Part shown: in pieces, positions 63,630 to 64,000 of the stretch
Layout of the letters: every line of letters begins with the position of its first letter
Numbering within the stretch: position 1 is the stretch's first letter
Source of the DNA: Azolla caroliniana
Taxonomy: Eukaryota; Plantae; Polypodiophyta
Reading direction: 5' to 3'
Length of the DNA: 64,000 bases
NCBI GenBank assembly: GCA_043228905.1
Contig: JBHGNT010000002.1
Coordinates: 4,774,001-4,838,000 of the forward strand
Program-made: the position numbers and the translations under genes
The notes under the pieces: model-generated
What the model saw: only the letters and a program-made list of their open reading frames with translations
Told to the model about the DNA's origin: nothing
The model's database searches: none

Positions 63630-64000
63630 CTTATTTAAGAAAGTACATGCAAAAACATAAGTTAGGTGGTCACGTAGATTAAGGTTATATATTAAAATAT
63701 AAATAAGTAGATGAAGAACGGTTCTCACTAGCAGGCGATTAGTGGTGAAGTGAAAATCAGGCGATTAGAGTACATGGTAGTCCTATATTCAAAAATCTAT
63801 TCTAGGCAGGGTTATTCAAACTAGAAAATATATCTCGTAATAAGTAAACAGGGTTATATATTCTTTTAAAGAGGAGGTATGACTTATATTGATTCCAGAC
63901 CTATATTGAGGAGAATTTGCTATCATAAAGGTAATTTGTGGGTTATTTTCTACTCTTTTAAGCTATAGTAGGTCATAAAACACCTATAATTAGGGCATGT

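Overview
Eukaryotic land-plant genomic DNA. A non-seed plant such as a fern is inferred from the retroelement types and intron style. Bases 1-38.8 kb are a nest of LTR retrotransposons: an old plus-strand Copia carries two copies of a tRNA-Trp-primed Gypsy (one essentially intact, both with 4-bp TSDs and a -1 frameshift signal after the protease) and another Copia, and one of the Gypsy copies carries a further Copia. An intact 8-exon short-chain dehydrogenase (TIC32-like) gene follows at 40398-50088 with a LINE in intron 7. Next come a chromovirus with an apparent self-priming site (52657-57836), a solo LTR and LINE fragments. The most unusual feature is at 60406-63629 (minus strand): a spliced gene fusing a ParB/Srx-like domain to a bacterial-type beta-class N4C/N6A DNA methyltransferase. 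This copy is inactivated by C>T nonsense codons and may sit inside a CAC-terminated DNA transposon. All calls come from reading the sequence by eye; no searches were run.
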